Shown: positions 10,215 to 19,690, counted from the first letter of the stretch. The stretch is 64,000 bases of DNA from Vicinamibacterales bacterium (GCA_025456345.1 JALOKU010000008.1:609-64608); one strand, 5' to 3'. Numbers and translations are program-made. The notes: generated by a model not told the origin, from the sequence alone.

Positions 10215-11042
10215 TTAGCGCTGCTGGCGGAGTTCTTCGATGATGGCCTCGAGCGCGCTGATAATCTCTTTGCGCTCGACCTGGCTCTTGGCAAACGACA
10301 GATGCAGCTTGAAGGCTTTCGTCGGCGGGCGGTAGTTGAAGACGTACGCCCGCGGCCTTCCGCGCTGCGGCTTGGCGGCAGCTTCCTTGCGGAGTCTCTC
10401 GCGCGTGGCATTGCCTTCGCGCGCGATCCTTTCGACCATGGCGATCATTTTCTGCGTGTCGCCAAGCCTAACTATCTGTAACAACAGAGACTTAGAGGAA
10501 ATGTCGGCCAGCCGACACAGGTTTTTCACCTCCGCCGGCATCTTGTGGAGCGCCAGGCTCTCGGTGATGGCCGTTCTCGACTTCCCCAGGCGCTTTGCGA
10601 GGTCCTCGTGCGTCAACCCGCCGCGGCTTGCCAGCGCATGCAGGGCATCAGCTTCTTCGAACGCGGTGAGGTCCTTCCGCTGCAGGTTCTCGACGAGCGC
10701 CAGTTCGATCACCTCCGCGTCGTCCACATCGCGAACGACGACCGGGAGCTCCTTCAGACCGACCTGGACCGCCGCCTGGTACCTCCGCTCGCCGGCGATA
10801 ATCTGATACCGGCCGCCGCGTATCCGAACGACGATCGGCTCGATGACACCTTTCTCGGCGATCGACGCCATGAGTTCCGACAGGTCGCCCATGGCCTGGC
10901 GCGGCTGGTCCGGATTCGGGTCGACCTGGTCGATTGCCAGGAGCCGGCCTATCGGCGTCCCGGCCGGGGCTGACAGCGTGGCGACGTAGTGTTCGTCGTG
11001 GCGCATCCGGATTGATTCTGGCAAGCCAGAACGCTTAGGCAC
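10215..11042 (-). CDS. parB: ParB/Spo0J family partition protein (divergent DNA-binding region)
   Basis: PNPDQPR, GVIEPIVVR, IIAGERRYQAA, ALVENLQRKDL and HTH LTHEDLAKRLGKSRTAITESL. Start set at GTG 11042, overlapping the end of parA. Confidence 0.9.
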   Translation of the reverse strand: MPKRSGLPESIRMRHDEHYVATLSAPAGTPIGRLLAIDQVDPNPDQPRQAMGDLSELMASIAEKGVIEPIVVRIRGGRYQIIAGERRYQAAVQVGLKELPVVVRDVDDAEVIELALVENLQRKDLTAFEEADALHALASRGGLTHEDLAKRLGKSRTAITESLALHKMPAEVKNLCRLADISSKSLLLQIVRLGDTQKMIAMVERIAREGNATRERLRKEAAAKPQRGRPRAYVFNYRPPTKAFKLHLSFAKSQVERKEIISALEAIIEELRQQR

Positions 11043-11790
11043 GGTCGATGACCTCCTCGCAAAGCCGGTAGTACTCGGTCGCCCCTGACGAGTCGGGCGC
11101 AAAGGTAAAAATCGGCTCCTTGTACGCGGGGCTCTCTTCCAGCCTCACGCTCTTGCTGATCACGGTGGCGAACACCAGTTCTCCGAAGACGGCCCGGATC
11201 TGGTTCCGGATATCTCTTGCGATGGCCGTGCGCCGGTCGTGCATCGTAATCAGCACGCCGAGCAGCCTCAGGTCAGGGTTGGCCCTGGCCCTGACCTTCT
11301 CCACGGTCTCCAGGAGGTCGTCGGTCCCCTCGAGCGCGAAATACGACGATTGGATCGGCACGAGGAGATGGCTCGACGCCACGAGGGCATTCGCCGTCAA
11401 CAGGCCGAGCGTCGGGGGGCAGTCGATCACGATGAACTCGTAGTCCTCGCGAACCGGGTCGAGCCGGTCCTTCAGCCGGAAGTGGGAGTCGATCTCCCCC
11501 ACCAGTTTCGCCTCGAGCTTTGCCAGCGCGATTCTGGCCGGTGCCACGAGCAGGTTCTTCACGTTCGACTCGACGATCACGTCCGCCAGCGAGCACTGAG
11601 CATCCGACAGGACGTCGTACAGGCTGCGCTCGACGCGTCGGATGTCGAGGTACGACATCGAGCTGTTCGACTGCGGGTCCATGTCGATCAGCAGCGTACG
11701 CCTGCCGCGCATGGCAAGCGCCGCAGCCAGGTTGATGGCGGTGGTCGTCTTACCGACCCCACCTTTCTGGTTGGCGATTGAAACAATCAT
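11035..11790 (-). CDS. parA: ParA/Soj family ATPase
   Basis: NQKGGVGKTT deviant Walker A, DMDPQ, IDCPPTLG, FALEG. Confidence 0.93.
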   Translation of the reverse strand: MIVSIANQKGGVGKTTTAINLAAALAMRGRRTLLIDMDPQSNSSMSYLDIRRVERSLYDVLSDAQCSLADVIVESNVKNLLVAPARIALAKLEAKLVGEIDSHFRLKDRLDPVREDYEFIVIDCPPTLGLLTANALVASSHLLVPIQSSYFALEGTDDLLETVEKVRARANPDLRLLGVLITMHDRRTAIARDIRNQIRAVFGELVFATVISKSVRLEESPAYKEPIFTFAPDSSGATEYYRLCEEVIDRA

Positions 11791-11817
11791 GAAGACTGGC
11801 CTGTGGACGGCGGGGCT

Positions 11818-11847
11818 ATTCTAGGTGCCGCCAGGAACGGGTGTCAA
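11818..11847 (-). promoter_or_regulatory. Sigma70-type promoter for parAB
   Basis: Minus strand TTGACA-18 bp-TAGAAT, 27 nt before the parA ATG. Confidence 0.75.
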
Positions 11848-11889
11848 GGATTGAGGCAAATACCGTGGAAATCCGGCGGAGCGCAACGC

Positions 11890-12375
11890 CTACATCTTGT
11901 ACTTCCCCAGCTCCTCCGGATCGAGGCTCTCGAGCCACTTCTGCAGGCGGTCGGCGCTGGCGGGCTCCGGCGCAAGGTCGACCGTCTTCGCGTTGTCGAT
12001 GACGTGCTCTTCCACGAAAATCGGCGCCTGGGTCCGCAGCGCCAGGGCCAGCGCGTCGCTCGGCCGTGCGTCGACGGCGACCAGCTCCTGTCCGACGCGC
12101 AGGTAGATCAACGCGTAGAACGTCGTCTCCCTCAGATCCGACACGACGATCTTCTCGACGTTTCCGTTGAGATCGCGGATGACGTTCCGCAGCAGGTCGT
12201 GCGTCATCGGCCTCGGCGTGGCGATGTTCTCGATCTGCAGCGCGATGGCGTTCGCCTCGAAGATGCCGACCCAGATGGGAAGGACCCGCTCGCCTTCCTT
12301 GTCGCGAAGAATGACGATGGGCATGTTGGTGACCGGGTCGACCATCAGGCCCTTGATGACCATTTCGCTCTGCAT
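11890..12375 (-). CDS. Bifunctional nuclease family protein (DUF151)
   Basis: LPIWVGIFEA, RPMTHDL and DARPSDALALA motifs; GAGGAG RBS before ATG 12375. Confidence 0.9.
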   Translation of the reverse strand: MQSEMVIKGLMVDPVTNMPIVILRDKEGERVLPIWVGIFEANAIALQIENIATPRPMTHDLLRNVIRDLNGNVEKIVVSDLRETTFYALIYLRVGQELVAVDARPSDALALALRTQAPIFVEEHVIDNAKTVDLAPEPASADRLQKWLESLDPEELGKYKM

Positions 12376-12459
12376 CGTGCTCCTCGCCTGCATCCGGACT
12401 GCGCCATCGTGACGCGTGCCGTCGCCCTTGGCATTGGCCCTCCTGGCAGGAGGACGCGT

Positions 12460-13812
12460 TTACAAAGTAGGGCCAGGTCGGGGCGCTGTCAAGGACCTGG
12501 GCCGGCCCCAGAGGCTGTGGGCCCCGGCCCGCTCGATCTCGACCATGGCGAAGGACCCCAACTCCCGCTGGTTGCCGGGAAAGTTCACGACGGTGTTGCC
12601 CGTCGTGCGCCCCGAAAGCTCCGTCTCCCGCCGGCGGCTGACACTGTCGATCAGCACTTCCACGGTCGACCCGACGGCCTCCTCGTGCAGCCTCGTCTGG
12701 ATGCCCTTCTGCAGATCCTGCAGCGCCGCCAATCGCCGGTCCTTCTCCCCTTCAGGAACATCGTCCGGAAGGCGCTTCGCCGCCAGAGTTCCGGGCCTCT
12801 CGGAGTACTTGAAGGAGAACATCGAATGGAACCCGACGGCTTCCACCAGGCTCAGCGTGTCGGCAAAATCCTCGTCGGCCTCGCCGGGAAACCCCACGAT
12901 CATGTCCGTTGACAGTTGGATGCCAGCCACGCCTGCCTTCACGGCGCGCACCAGTTCCAGGTATTCGTCCCGGGTATGGCGCCGCCTCATCGCCGAGAGG
13001 ACTCGAGTCGAGCCCGACTGGACCGGCAGGTGGAGGTGCTTGCACACGTGCGGCAGTTCCCTCATCGCGTCGATGAGCCTGGCGGTCACGTGCCTGGGAT
13101 GCGGGCTGGCGAACCTCACTCTCCGGATGCCCGGGATCGCATCCACGGCCGCGAGCAGGTCCGCGAAGTCGCAACCGGGGTCGTCTGGCGCCTGGTAGTG
13201 GTTGACGATCTGCCCGAGCAGGTGGATTTCGGTCCGACCGCTTTGAACCGCCTCCTGGACCTCTTCCAGGATCTCGCCCTTCGGACGCATCCGCTCATGA
13301 CCGCGGGTGTGCGGGACCACGCAGAAGGCGCAGTAGTCGTTGCAGCCTTCGATGATGGTCACATAGGCCTTCACCGGGTCCATCCGGCGCGCCATCCCGA
13401 GGGGGAACGACACGTCGTCGTAGGGGTTGATGTCGATCTGCCTCGAGCGCGTCCGAAGGGCCTCGTCGACGAGCAGCGGAAGCCTCCGCTCGGCCATTGT
13501 GCCGACGACTACGTCCACTCCCCTGGCCCGGCGGAACATCGCCGCGCCGTCCTGCTGCGCCAGGCACCCGGCCACGGCGATCAGCGGGGCCTGGCCGCCA
13601 GGCCCCGCCTCGCTTCGGATTTCACCGATGCGGCTGAGCACCTTGTCGTCGGCCTTCTCGCGGACCGTGCAGGTATTGAGCACAACGACGTCGGCGTCGG
13701 CGGGCTCCAACGCAGGCTCGTAGCCGGCCGCCTCGAGCAGGCCTGCCATGCGCTCGGAATCGTGGAAGTTCATCTGGCAGCCGAACGTCTCGATGAGGTA
13801 TCGCTTGGCCAT
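12460..13812 (-). CDS. miaB: tRNA-2-methylthio-N6-dimethylallyladenosine synthase
   Basis: TFGCQMNFHDSE, NTCTVRE, radical SAM motif CNDYCAFC, HLPVQSGS, C-terminal TRAM domain. Confidence 0.95.
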   Translation of the reverse strand: MAKRYLIETFGCQMNFHDSERMAGLLEAAGYEPALEPADADVVVLNTCTVREKADDKVLSRIGEIRSEAGPGGQAPLIAVAGCLAQQDGAAMFRRARGVDVVVGTMAERRLPLLVDEALRTRSRQIDINPYDDVSFPLGMARRMDPVKAYVTIIEGCNDYCAFCVVPHTRGHERMRPKGEILEEVQEAVQSGRTEIHLLGQIVNHYQAPDDPGCDFADLLAAVDAIPGIRRVRFASPHPRHVTARLIDAMRELPHVCKHLHLPVQSGSTRVLSAMRRRHTRDEYLELVRAVKAGVAGIQLSTDMIVGFPGEADEDFADTLSLVEAVGFHSMFSFKYSERPGTLAAKRLPDDVPEGEKDRRLAALQDLQKGIQTRLHEEAVGSTVEVLIDSVSRRRETELSGRTTGNTVVNFPGNQRELGSFAMVEIERAGAHSLWGRPRSLTAPRPGPTL

Positions 13813-15507
13813 CTATCTTCGCTTTCGCCTTTCGCCTTTCGCCCCGGCGCCGCTTTCGCCTTTCGCCTCTGGTTCGCTTTCGCCCTGGCGTGCCGCGAGC
13901 ATCTCCTTGGCCGTCGCCCGAGCACCGTCGGTCACCACCGAGCCGGCGATCATGCGCGCCAGCTCGTCGACGCGCGCCGGGCCCCAGAGCGCGTCGACGG
14001 TGGTGTGGGTCCGCCCTCCACGCTCGCCCTTGGCAACCCTGTAGTGGGACTGGCCGCACACGGCAATCTGCGGGAGATGCGTAATGCAGAGCACCTGAAA
14101 GACACGGCCAAGCGACTGGAGGCGCTGCCCCACCACGTCGGCTACTCTGCCGCCGATGCCCGCGTCCACTTCGTCGAACACCAGCGTCTTGCCCGGCGAG
14201 TCGGTGGTCGCCAGAGTCTTGAGCGCCAGCATCACGCGGGACAGCTCCCCGCCCGAAGCGACCCGCGCCAGGGGCCGGATGTCCTCACCCGGGTTGGGAG
14301 ACACGAAGAACTCGGCCACGTCGACTCCTCGAGACGTCCAGCGATCCTCGCCGATCTCGCCGTCGCCGAAGCGCACGTCGAAACGGGTACCGCCCATGGC
14401 GAGGCTCGCCAGCTCACCTTCGAGCGCCTTCGCAAAGTCGCGCGCGCGGTGCCGGCGCTTCGACGAAAGCACGGCGGCAGCCTTCATGTAGCGCTCTCCA
14501 GAAGACGCGAGCCGCCGCTCGAGGGCCGCGATGGTTTCAGCCGACGAGTCCAGCGCAGCCAGTTCGCCGGCACAGCGCGACCGCCGATCGAGGACGTCGG
14601 CCAGCGCCGGACCGTACTTCCTCTTCAGACGCTCGATGGAGGCCAGCCGGTCCTCCAGTTCCTGAAGCCGGTCGGGTGCCGCGTCGATGTGCGCGCCGTA
14701 CTCGCGGAGGAACGTCGCCAGTTCGCCGAGATGCGCCTCGACCGCCTCGCGGCCCTCGAGGTAGGGCCCGAAGCGCGGGTCGAGTTCGCGAAGCTCGTGC
14801 ACGCGTTTCCAGACAGCGGCGAGGGCGCTCAACGCCGACGAGTCGTCGTCATAGAGCCGCCCGTACGCCTCGCCGCACAGGCGGCGCAGCCTCTCGGCGT
14901 TGGCCAGCAGCACTCGCTCGCCGGCCAGTTCCTCGTCTTCACCGGCGCGCGGCGCCACGCGGTCGATCTCACTCTGCTGGAAGCGCAGAAACTCCACACG
15001 AGCGTCCCTGTCGCGTTCGCGGGTCCGTGCAGACACGAGATCGGCGCGCAGCGACGACCATTCGGCGTGGGCGACTTCGACCGCTTGGCGATCGCCCGCG
15101 AGGCCGGCGAACTGATCGAGCAGGTCCAGATGCACATCGGCGTTCAGCAGCGCCTGATGTTCGTGTTGGCCGTGCAGGTCGACGAGACTTGAACCTAATT
15201 CTTTAAGACTTCCGGCAGTCACCAGTTGGCCATCGACGAAGCTGCGGCTCCGCCCCTGCGCCGTGACCTCCCTCCTCACGATCACTTCCCGCCCGTCATG
15301 GTCGAAGACCGCCTGAACGACTGCCGTCTCTTCCCCGGTCCGGACAATGTCCGACGATGCCCGGTCGCCGAGGAGCAGCCCGACGGCGCCGACGACGATG
15401 GACTTGCCGGCGCCGGTCTCCCCGGTGATGACGTTCAGCCCGGGCTGGAAGCTCACCTCGAGGCTTTCGATCACCGCGAGGTTGCGAATGTTCAGGTAGC
15501 GCAGCAT
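13813..15507 (-). CDS. recN: DNA repair protein RecN
   Basis: TGETGAGKS, HGQHEH, ASGGELSR, FDEVDAGIGG, ITHLPQIA, ELARMI. Confidence 0.96.
   Translation of the reverse strand: MLRYLNIRNLAVIESLEVSFQPGLNVITGETGAGKSIVVGAVGLLLGDRASSDIVRTGEETAVVQAVFDHDGREVIVRREVTAQGRSRSFVDGQLVTAGSLKELGSSLVDLHGQHEHQALLNADVHLDLLDQFAGLAGDRQAVEVAHAEWSSLRADLVSARTRERDRDARVEFLRFQQSEIDRVAPRAGEDEELAGERVLLANAERLRRLCGEAYGRLYDDDSSALSALAAVWKRVHELRELDPRFGPYLEGREAVEAHLGELATFLREYGAHIDAAPDRLQELEDRLASIERLKRKYGPALADVLDRRSRCAGELAALDSSAETIAALERRLASSGERYMKAAAVLSSKRRHRARDFAKALEGELASLAMGGTRFDVRFGDGEIGEDRWTSRGVDVAEFFVSPNPGEDIRPLARVASGGELSRVMLALKTLATTDSPGKTLVFDEVDAGIGGRVADVVGQRLQSLGRVFQVLCITHLPQIAVCGQSHYRVAKGERGGRTHTTVDALWGPARVDELARMIAGSVVTDGARATAKEMLAARQGESEPEAKGESGAGAKGERRKRR
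13817..13884. repeat. Imperfect heptamer repeat (TTTCGCC)n at the 3' end of recN
   Basis: CTTCGCT TTCGCCT TTCGCCT TTCGCCC ... TTTCGCC TTTCGCC ... TTCGCTTTCGCC. Confidence 0.65.
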
Positions 15508-15569
15508 GGGTCCGTCCGGCTCCCGTCCAAGAAGGTGTGACGACGCGGAACTCCCATGATATCACGGGT

Positions 15570-15598
15570 TTGACAGGCCATGCCCTGCATGGTACTCT
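15570..15598 (+). promoter_or_regulatory. Sigma70-type promoter for the tol-pal operon
   Basis: TTGACA-17 bp-TACTCT with TG extension. A divergent extended -10 (TGnTATCAT, 15556-15564, minus strand) faces recN. Confidence 0.7.
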
Positions 15599-15684
15599 TG
15601 CTTGATTACGCTTGGTGCCGACCGTGATGGAGCCGGATTCACCGACGCCGTCGACCGGCATCGGCGCATCCGAAGGGACCTCGC

Positions 15685-16395
15685 GTGGGAGCCAATGCCA
15701 ATGCCGCTGGCAGCGTAGTCGAGCTGGTCCTCCGGTCCGGCCCTGCTGCCAAGATTGTCCTCCTCATCCTGCTGGCCTTCTCGGTGGTGTCCTGGGGCAT
15801 CATCCTCCACAAGTTGTGGTATCTGAGCCGCGTCCAGAAGCAGACGGGGACGTTCCGCGACATTTTCCGGCGAAGCACGAAGTTCTCCGAGGTCCAGGCC
15901 GTGTGCCGGACCTTCGAGCAGAGCCCGCTTGTGGGGATCTTCCAGGCCGGCTACGCCGAGCTGAACTCCCAGCTGAAGCAGGCCGCCCAGGAGATGAACA
16001 GTCCCGGCGCCACTCCCGGACGTCCAACCTTGAAGAGCCTCTCCGCGGTCGACCGGGCGCTGCTTCGGGCGGCAGCCGTGGAGGTCTCCAAGCTCGAGCG
16101 GCGGCTTCCGCTGCTGGCCACGACGGCGAGCATCACGCCGTTCATCGGATTGTTCGGGACCGTGTGGGGCATCATGACGTCGTTCCAGGGCATCGCGAGC
16201 GTCGGCTCGACCAGTCTCGGCGTGGTGGCGCCCGGGATCGCCGAGGCCCTCATCGCGACGGCCGCCGGCCTGTTCGCGGCCATCCCCGCAGTCTACTTCT
16301 ACAACCACTTTGTCGCCGTGGTGAAGGACCTCACGGCCTCGATGGACGACTTCGCGCTCGAGTTCCTCAACATCGCCGAGCGCAACTTCACGTAG
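15685..16395 (+). CDS. tolQ: TolQ (MotA/TolQ/ExbB proton channel)
   Basis: PFIGLFGTVWGIM and VAPGIAEALIATAAGLFAAIPA; first gene of the tol-pal cluster. Confidence 0.92.
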   Translation: MGANANAAGSVVELVLRSGPAAKIVLLILLAFSVVSWGIILHKLWYLSRVQKQTGTFRDIFRRSTKFSEVQAVCRTFEQSPLVGIFQAGYAELNSQLKQAAQEMNSPGATPGRPTLKSLSAVDRALLRAAAVEVSKLERRLPLLATTASITPFIGLFGTVWGIMTSFQGIASVGSTSLGVVAPGIAEALIATAAGLFAAIPAVYFYNHFVAVVKDLTASMDDFALEFLNIAERNFT

Positions 16396-16419
16396 GCGCG
16401 AGCCGAGGACCCGCGACCG

Positions 16420-16881
16420 ATGCCGAAGGTCAGCCCGACCGAAGAAGTCACGACGGGACGCACGGGCCGCGTGCGCCGCGTGACGGCGTCGATCTCCGAG
16501 ATCAACGTCGTGCCGCTGGTCGACGTGATGCTGGTGCTGCTCGTCATCTTCATGGTGACGGCGCCGATGCTGCAGCGCGGCGTCGACGTGAACCTGCCGG
16601 TCGCGCGGCGCTCCGAGCCGATTGCCGAGGAGCGGATCTTCATTACCCTGCCGCTCTCGTTTCGGAAGGACCGCACCGTCCGCCTCGGGACCGAGCGGGT
16701 CGGGATCGACCTCCTCGCCGAGCGCGTGCGCCAGATGATGGACGGCCGCAGCGATCGCAAGGTCTTCCTGCGCGGCGACGGCGCCATTCAGCTGCAGGAG
16801 TTGCTGGACGTGATGGACCGGCTCAAAGACGCCGGCATCGAGCAGGTGGGCATCGTCGCGCGCCTGCCGGAGGAGCGCTGA
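16420..16881 (+). CDS. tolR: TolR (ExbD/TolR family)
   Basis: SEINVVPLVDVMLVLLVIFMVTAPM...VNLP. Confidence 0.92.
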   Translation: MPKVSPTEEVTTGRTGRVRRVTASISEINVVPLVDVMLVLLVIFMVTAPMLQRGVDVNLPVARRSEPIAEERIFITLPLSFRKDRTVRLGTERVGIDLLAERVRQMMDGRSDRKVFLRGDGAIQLQELLDVMDRLKDAGIEQVGIVARLPEER

Positions 16882-16886
16882 TCGCG

Positions 16887-17684
16887 ATGGAAGCGGTCAC
16901 TGGAGTCCTGCTCGAGCGCGCGCGCCACGACACGGGCCTTCCCCGCATGGTCACCGCGTCGCTGGTGGGCCACGTCGCGCTCATCGCGGTGCTGGCGGCG
17001 GCCTCGGCCATCAGCGGCCGCGCCCGCAATCCCGACCTTCGCGACGTGATGACCATCTCGCTCGGCGGCGCGCCCGGCCCGAACGCGGGCGGTATGACGA
17101 TGATGGGCAGCCCGGCGCCGCGGCGCGTCGCGGCGCCACGCGACGCCGTGACGAAACCGTCGCCGGTCGTTCCGCCGCCCGCGGCGGCCACGCCGGCGAT
17201 GACGCTGCCGGCGCCGGCCAGGCCGGCCAGGACGCCGCCCAAGCCCGCGAAGCCCTCGGCGGGAGCCGGGACTGCCGCCCCCGCGGTGCCCGCCGCGCCC
17301 GCCGCCGGTGTTCCCGGCGGCGAGGCGCTGAATCCCAACCGCGGCCTGGGATTCAACGGGCTGTCGACGGGCGGCGGCATGGGCTCGGGCAGCTACCTCG
17401 ACGTCAAGGGCTTCTGCTGCCCCGACTATCTCGTGACGATGATTCAGGTCATCAAGAGCAACTGGAGCGCGCGCCAGCAGGTGGCGGGCGTCGCGATGGT
17501 GATGTTCCGGATCCAGCGGGACGGGCGGCTCACCGACATCGAACTCGAGCGATCGAGCGGATTCGCCGCGCTGGACCTGACGGCCCAGCGCGCATTGTTC
17601 GTGACCCAGAAACTGCCGCCGCTGCCGGCGGCGTTTCCCGACGACCACCTGACGGTGCATCTGAATTTCGAGTACACACGGTGA
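16887..17684 (+). CDS. tolA: TolA/TonB-type energy transducer
   Basis: TM helix with S...H motif (SLVGH), Pro/Ala-rich linker and C-terminal TonB/TolA domain (FRIQRDG..SSG..LD); lies between tolR and tolB. Confidence 0.8.
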   Translation: MEAVTGVLLERARHDTGLPRMVTASLVGHVALIAVLAAASAISGRARNPDLRDVMTISLGGAPGPNAGGMTMMGSPAPRRVAAPRDAVTKPSPVVPPPAAATPAMTLPAPARPARTPPKPAKPSAGAGTAAPAVPAAPAAGVPGGEALNPNRGLGFNGLSTGGGMGSGSYLDVKGFCCPDYLVTMIQVIKSNWSARQQVAGVAMVMFRIQRDGRLTDIELERSSGFAALDLTAQRALFVTQKLPPLPAAFPDDHLTVHLNFEYTR

Positions 17685-19060
17685 ACATGCCTACCAAGCG
17701 CCTGTTGTCGATTGCCCTCGTCACGCTCGCGGCGGGTGCCGCCCTGCGGGCGCGGCCCGCGGTGCCGGCGGCCCCGGCGCCCCAGTCCCCGCAGCAGTCC
17801 GAGGTCATCCTGAGCATCTCGGGCGAGCCTGGCGCGCGGCCGCGGTATGCGGTGCCCGACTTCATCGCGCGGGCCGGCGACGCCGAGACCCAGGCGGCGG
17901 CCAGGCTCATGGGCGCGGTGCTCTGGGACGATCTCGCCTTCGAGCGGGAGCTCTACATGGTGCCGCGCGACACGTACCGCACGATTCCCGCCGCGCGGTC
18001 GTTCGCCGAGATCCCGTTCGACCGGTGGCGCGAACTGGGCGCCGACGGTCTCGTGATGGGCAGCGTCGAGCGGACCGCGCCGGGGACGTTCCGCGTCGAG
18101 GTGCGCCTCTACGACGTGCGCACGCGGCGCTCGGTGATGGCCAAGGAGTACACCGGGACCACCGCGAACCCGCGGCTCTACGCGCACACCGCGTCCGACG
18201 ACATCCATCTCCAGCAGCGGGCGCTGCGCGGGGCCGCGCGATCGAAGCTGACGTTCTCGTCGGACCGCGACGGCGAGCGCGTGGCCAACGCGATCGTGGA
18301 GCGGGACGTCAAGGAAATCTACATCTCCGACTACGACGGCGCCAACCAGAAACGGGTCACGGTGACGCGGAAGCTGAACATCTTCCCGCGCTGGGCGCCC
18401 GATGCGCGGGCCATCGCCTACACGTCCTACCGCCGCGACTTCCCGGACGTCTTCATCTCGCTCATCTACCAGGGCACGCTCGAGAACCCGACCGGCGGGC
18501 GCGGCCAGAACTGGCTGCCGGCGTGGTCGCCCGACGGCACGCGGCTCTGCTTCACGTCGACGCGCGACGGCAACTCGGAACTCTACCTGATGAACCGGGA
18601 CGGCTCGAACATCGTCCGGCTGACGAACAACCCCGCGATCGACACGTCGCCGACCTGGTCGCCGGGCGGCACCCAGATCGCGTTCACGTCGGATCGCTCG
18701 GGCTCGCCGCAGATCTACATCATCGACGCCGACGGCCTGAACCTGAACAAGATCACCGCGGAGTCGTGGTGCGACCGGCCGACGTGGTCGCCGGCGCCCT
18801 TCAACGAAATCGCCTACGCGTCGAGGACCGGTCCGGGCTACGATATTAGAATCTACGACCTGGCCACGCAGGAGCGCCGCCAGTTGACCGGGGGCCAGGG
18901 CAGCAACGAGAGCCCGGCCTACGCGCCCAACGGCCGGCACGTGGCGTTCATGTCGACGCGAACGGGCAAGAAGCAGATCTTCGTGATGGGCCGTGACGGG
19001 TTGGGACTCAGGCAGATCACCACGGCCGGGAACAACTACACGCCCGACTGGTCGAAGTAG
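17681..19060 (+). CDS. tolB: Tol-Pal beta-propeller protein TolB
   Basis: Signal peptide, TolB N-domain, multiple PD40 repeats (PAWSPDG, PTWSPGG). Confidence 0.92.
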   Translation: MNMPTKRLLSIALVTLAAGAALRARPAVPAAPAPQSPQQSEVILSISGEPGARPRYAVPDFIARAGDAETQAAARLMGAVLWDDLAFERELYMVPRDTYRTIPAARSFAEIPFDRWRELGADGLVMGSVERTAPGTFRVEVRLYDVRTRRSVMAKEYTGTTANPRLYAHTASDDIHLQQRALRGAARSKLTFSSDRDGERVANAIVERDVKEIYISDYDGANQKRVTVTRKLNIFPRWAPDARAIAYTSYRRDFPDVFISLIYQGTLENPTGGRGQNWLPAWSPDGTRLCFTSTRDGNSELYLMNRDGSNIVRLTNNPAIDTSPTWSPGGTQIAFTSDRSGSPQIYIIDADGLNLNKITAESWCDRPTWSPAPFNEIAYASRTGPGYDIRIYDLATQERRQLTGGQGSNESPAYAPNGRHVAFMSTRTGKKQIFVMGRDGLGLRQITTAGNNYTPDWSK

Positions 19061-19084
19061 CTCGAGATGGAAGGGGTCAATCGT

Positions 19085-19666
19085 ATGCGCATCCGATCGG
19101 CATCCGTCGCAGTACTCGCGGGAATCGTCGCGGCTTCGCTGGCGCTCGGGGCCTGTGCCCCCAAGAAACCGCCGGTCGCGCGGCCGCTGCCGCCACCGCC
19201 GCCGCCCACCACCCAGGAGGCGCCGCCGCCCCCGCCGCCGGCCCCGGTCGCCGAGCGGCCGGTCGTCGCGCCCCCGCCCATCGCGGAAGACCCGATGATG
19301 TCCCGCTCGGTCGACGAACTCAACCGCGACTCGCCCATGCGCGTCGCCTACTTCGGCTACGACAGCGCGGAGCTCTCGGCCGAGGCGCGTGCCGCGCTCG
19401 ACGCCAACGCCGCGATCCTCAAGAAGTACCCGACCTGGACCGTCACGGTCGAGGGCCACTGCGACGAACGCGGGACCGCCGAGTACAACCTCGCCCTGGG
19501 CGAGCGCCGGGCCGTCGCGGCGCAGTCGTACCTGGTGGCGCTCGGCATCCCGGCGAGCCGCGTCAAGATCGTGAGCTACGGCAAGGAATTCCCGTTCGAT
19601 CCCGGACACGACGATGCCGCCTGGACCAAGAACCGGCGCGCGCACTTCGTCATCACCGGGAAGTAG
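19085..19666 (+). CDS. pal: Peptidoglycan-associated lipoprotein Pal
   Basis: Lipobox LGAC, EGHCDERGTAEYNLALGERRA, SYGKE, KNRR. ATG 19085 has the better RBS; 19067 is an alternative. Confidence 0.95.
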   Translation: MRIRSASVAVLAGIVAASLALGACAPKKPPVARPLPPPPPPTTQEAPPPPPPAPVAERPVVAPPPIAEDPMMSRSVDELNRDSPMRVAYFGYDSAELSAEARAALDANAAILKKYPTWTVTVEGHCDERGTAEYNLALGERRAVAAQSYLVALGIPASRVKIVSYGKEFPFDPGHDDAAWTKNRRAHFVITGK

Positions 19667-19690
19667 TCGGGCCGGAAGCGAGACCAAGCC

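Noticed and set aside
15508..15570. LexA box upstream of recN
   Set aside because: No convincing CTGT-N8-ACAG, GAAC-N4-GTTC or GTTC-N7-GTTC match could be read.
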